A stretch of 64,000 nt of DNA from Promethearchaeota archaeon (GTDB lineage: Archaea; Asgardarchaeota; Lokiarchaeia; Sigyniarchaeales; SOKP01): positions 160,001-224,000 of the forward strand of contig JAEOSU010000051.1 of NCBI GenBank assembly GCA_016840165.1. The letters are read 5' to 3'. Positions 61,254 through 64,000 of the stretch are shown one piece after another (the stretch's first letter is position 1; each line of letters begins with the position of its first letter). Made by a program: the position numbers and the translations under genes. The notes beneath the pieces were generated by a model that was not told where the DNA came from, searched no databases, and was given only the letters and a program-made list of their open reading frames with translations.

Positions 61254-61866
61254 TTTCTTTACCTCTAATTGTTTTTCCCTTTTCAATTCCTAATTCAAAA
61301 GCAGTTTTGTTTATATCCATAGTCTTTTTAGGAATAAATTTCATTATAGAGTCAAAAATTGTGTCTTTTTTAATGGGAATTTGATTGATGCCAACTAAAA
61401 CTCCTAGCATAACCACATTCATGGTTCTTTGATTCCCTGCTTTGAGGGCGAGATCATCGGCAGGGATGAGGTATACATTCTCTGAAACATTAGCTAGGAA
61501 CTCATGTATTTGACTAATAGTTGGATATTCAAGTCCTTGTTGATGGATCATCGGGGGAATAATAAGTTTATCATTAACTATAAAGTTAGTTTGTGGTCCA
61601 GCGTAATTGAAGTTTCTTACTGCTTCACTTGCCTCAAATGCTAATATAACATCCGCTTTACCTCTAGGGATTAATGGACCCTCAATTAAAGTTCCAAAAC
61701 GTAAATAAGAGGCAACACTTCCACCTCTCTGTGCCATCCCATGAGTCTCTGCGGTTCTAACCTTATATCCTTCTCGTAAAGCCGCCCATGAAAGAATCTG
61801 AATTGCTCTAATTACTCCTTGACCGCCTACTCCTACGTTAAGTAAATTATAATTTATTATCTCCAT
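61246..61866 (-). CDS. iorB: Indolepyruvate:ferredoxin oxidoreductase beta subunit
   Basis: GVGGQG, AETHGMAQRGGSV, NVVMLG, NKTAFELG. Confidence 0.95.
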   Translation of the reverse strand: MEIINYNLLNVGVGGQGVIRAIQILSWAALREGYKVRTAETHGMAQRGGSVASYLRFGTLIEGPLIPRGKADVILAFEASEAVRNFNYAGPQTNFIVNDKLIIPPMIHQQGLEYPTISQIHEFLANVSENVYLIPADDLALKAGNQRTMNVVMLGVLVGINQIPIKKDTIFDSIMKFIPKKTMDINKTAFELGIEKGKTIRGKENE

Positions 61867-61953
61867 AAGGAATCATTTTAAGAATACTCGTTTAAAATAT
61901 TCTTACTATTTTTTAATAATCTCCAAAATTTAATTATATTTTTCGTTATCTAG

Positions 61954-61984
61954 TATAATGGGAATATAATGGGATCAATCCCAT
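61954..61984. promoter_or_regulatory. Candidate operator: direct repeat plus palindrome
   Basis: TATAATGGGA twice (61954-63, 61965-74), overlapping ATGGGAT-CA-ATCCCAT (61969-84), in the divergent iorB/desaturase spacer. Confidence 0.4.
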
Positions 61985-62161
61985 CAATAATTATTTTGGA
62001 AATCTCAATTCTGAAGATTTGCTCTTGAATATTTATATAAAACGTTTATATTTTATGATAATTAAGCAAGAGAAGATATTAAAGAAAATTTACAAAAATC
62101 CAAGTAAAAAAACTTTTATTAGAGCTTTATTTTTCTGATTCATAATTTTAGTTTAGGAAAA

Positions 62162-63700
62162 ATGAAAATGAAAATCGCTATTATTGGATCTGGTTTGGCA
62201 GGTCTTACAGCAGCAGCATATTTAGTGAGAGAAGGTTATGATGTAGAGATCTATGAGCAATTTGAAGAAATAGGAGGAGTCACAGCAACGATTCATAAAG
62301 AGGGTTATTCTTGGGATATAGGACCCTTACTTTTGGAAGGTTTTGCTCCTCATGAGAAGTTTGGAAAAATTCTTTCAGAATTAGGATTAACAGACAAAAT
62401 TGAATTTATCAATGATGATAGAGGCCAATCATTCCCAGATTTCCAAGTATGGAGACCAAAAGAATATGAGGGTCCTTATTGGAGACGGGAGTTTTTTAAG
62501 AAATTATTTCCATCAGAAAGTGTTGGTCTGGACAAATACTATGAATTCTATGATCATATGATGGCGATTATGTATTTAGGAAATCAATTACCCTTTGCTA
62601 AAGGTTTAAAGGCTTTCATATTAAAAGTAAAAATACTAGTTAAATTTATGAAAGTACGGAAATTTAAGGATTGGAGTGCTGCTCAAGTAACTGATTATTT
62701 CTTTAAAGAACAAAAATTAAAAGCAGTATACCTAGGAATCTTAGCAGATATGGTGGTAAGACCAAGCCAATTTTTTGGATTAGGTGTTCCAGCGTTTAAT
62801 GTAGAAACAGCTTTTGATAAAAGAATTCCAATACAAACTAATTATGGGAAATTACCTACTTATCATTACATCCAAAATGGTTGTGAGCAATTAGTTAAAG
62901 CATTAGCGGATTTTGTTACATCTAAAGGAGGGAAAATCTATACAAGTAGTAAGGTAACAAAAATAATTATAGAAAATAATCAAGCTAAAGGTATGATGCT
63001 TGAAAATAGCGAAATTATTGAATCTGATTTAATCTTAGCTAGTGGTGGGGTTCTAAATACTTTTTATAACCTTATAGGTCAGGAATATCTCCCTAATGAA
63101 CTTATATCTCTCATTGAGAACTTAGAGTACATGGAATCTGTATTTTTTGTTAATATAGGAATAGATTTTGATCCCTCCTCCCATCAAAGAAAAGCATTAT
63201 GTTATTATTATGGAACTTACGATATTGAAGGGGCAATAGATAATTGTATTTCAGGAAAATATCATGAAGGGAAAGATGGATTCTTAATATATATTCCTTC
63301 CATGCATTCCCCTGAAATGGCACCTCATGGGAATCATGCTGTAACAATATATACCATTGCACCCCATAAATTAGATGAAGGAGATTGGGCACAAAAAGGA
63401 GAAGATTTTGCAGAAAAATTATTAATAGAAGCTGAAAAGTACATTCCTGGATTGAGAGAGCATATTCAGACCAAAATCATCCTCACTCCTGATGATTTTA
63501 AATCTAGAATTAACGTAATTCGCCATAGTTTTGGAGGATTAGCGCCAATTATTGGACAAACAGGTCCCTCGCATCGAACTCCGATTGAAAAATTATGGTA
63601 TATAGGAGCATACAGTGAATCTGGAGGCGGAGTAGCGGGAACAGCTCTTGGAGCTCGAAATGTAGCAAAGATGATTTTAAGAGAGACTCAAAATAAGTAA
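62162..63700 (+). CDS. Phytoene desaturase-family FAD-dependent oxidoreductase
   Basis: IIGSGLAGL, GYSWDIGP, PSMHSPEMAPHG, LTPDD, RTPIEKLWYIG, GGGV. Confidence 0.85.
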   Translation: MKMKIAIIGSGLAGLTAAAYLVREGYDVEIYEQFEEIGGVTATIHKEGYSWDIGPLLLEGFAPHEKFGKILSELGLTDKIEFINDDRGQSFPDFQVWRPKEYEGPYWRREFFKKLFPSESVGLDKYYEFYDHMMAIMYLGNQLPFAKGLKAFILKVKILVKFMKVRKFKDWSAAQVTDYFFKEQKLKAVYLGILADMVVRPSQFFGLGVPAFNVETAFDKRIPIQTNYGKLPTYHYIQNGCEQLVKALADFVTSKGGKIYTSSKVTKIIIENNQAKGMMLENSEIIESDLILASGGVLNTFYNLIGQEYLPNELISLIENLEYMESVFFVNIGIDFDPSSHQRKALCYYYGTYDIEGAIDNCISGKYHEGKDGFLIYIPSMHSPEMAPHGNHAVTIYTIAPHKLDEGDWAQKGEDFAEKLLIEAEKYIPGLREHIQTKIILTPDDFKSRINVIRHSFGGLAPIIGQTGPSHRTPIEKLWYIGAYSESGGGVAGTALGARNVAKMILRETQNK

Positions 63701-64000
63701 GTATAGCTATAAAACAAAAGATTTAACCCAACACATCGATTTATTCATTATTTTTCTTAATAATTTAAGCAAGGGTTTTTCACAAACTATTTTAAGAAAA
63801 ATTGTTAAATTTTCAATTCATATCATACATATATTTTAACGAAAGCGAGTTTCAATCAAGAAAAATTGATGATCATTGCTTATTAAGATCTTAATAAATT
63901 CTTACTTGAGGGTGATTTGTAACTATTCTATTCAAAATTTATTCAAAATTTGGGATAATATGCTTCAACAAAATGACAATATGTCCCATGAATTCTGAGA

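Overview
Very AT-rich, gene-dense archaeal chromosomal window. The archaeal ribosomal proteins eS1 and uS15, longin/Roadblock-like proteins, an SCP2-like protein and paralog expansions suggest an Asgard archaeon of the Lokiarchaeia type; this is an inference, not a database result. About 50 CDSs were called. I saw no rRNA, tRNA, CRISPR array or transposase. Housekeeping and metabolic genes include larC, nikR, a short histone, rubrerythrin, a sirtuin, glmU, rdgB, RNase III, a GH2 beta-galactosidase, iorBA with ADP-forming acyl-CoA synthetases, and an orphan DNA methyltransferase. The main feature is a tightly packed ~16 kb minus-strand operon (15937-31928). It encodes a LolD/MacB-type ABC ATPase with extra N- and C-terminal domains, two ~1000-aa FtsX/MacB-type permeases, a 1327-aa membrane-anchored Ig/DUF11-like surface protein, and a ~1590-aa membrane-anchored subtilase with a cytoplasmic 8-Cys zinc-ribbon tail. 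This is a candidate undescribed mechanotransmission-coupled surface-proteolysis or signalling system. A ~22-aa motif ([FY]xxETGKxx[IL][WY]xGx[IL][ST]xx[FY]xxW) is shared between this ABC ATPase and an unrelated MoxR-type AAA+ ATPase 17 kb away. All calls come from reading motifs by eye.
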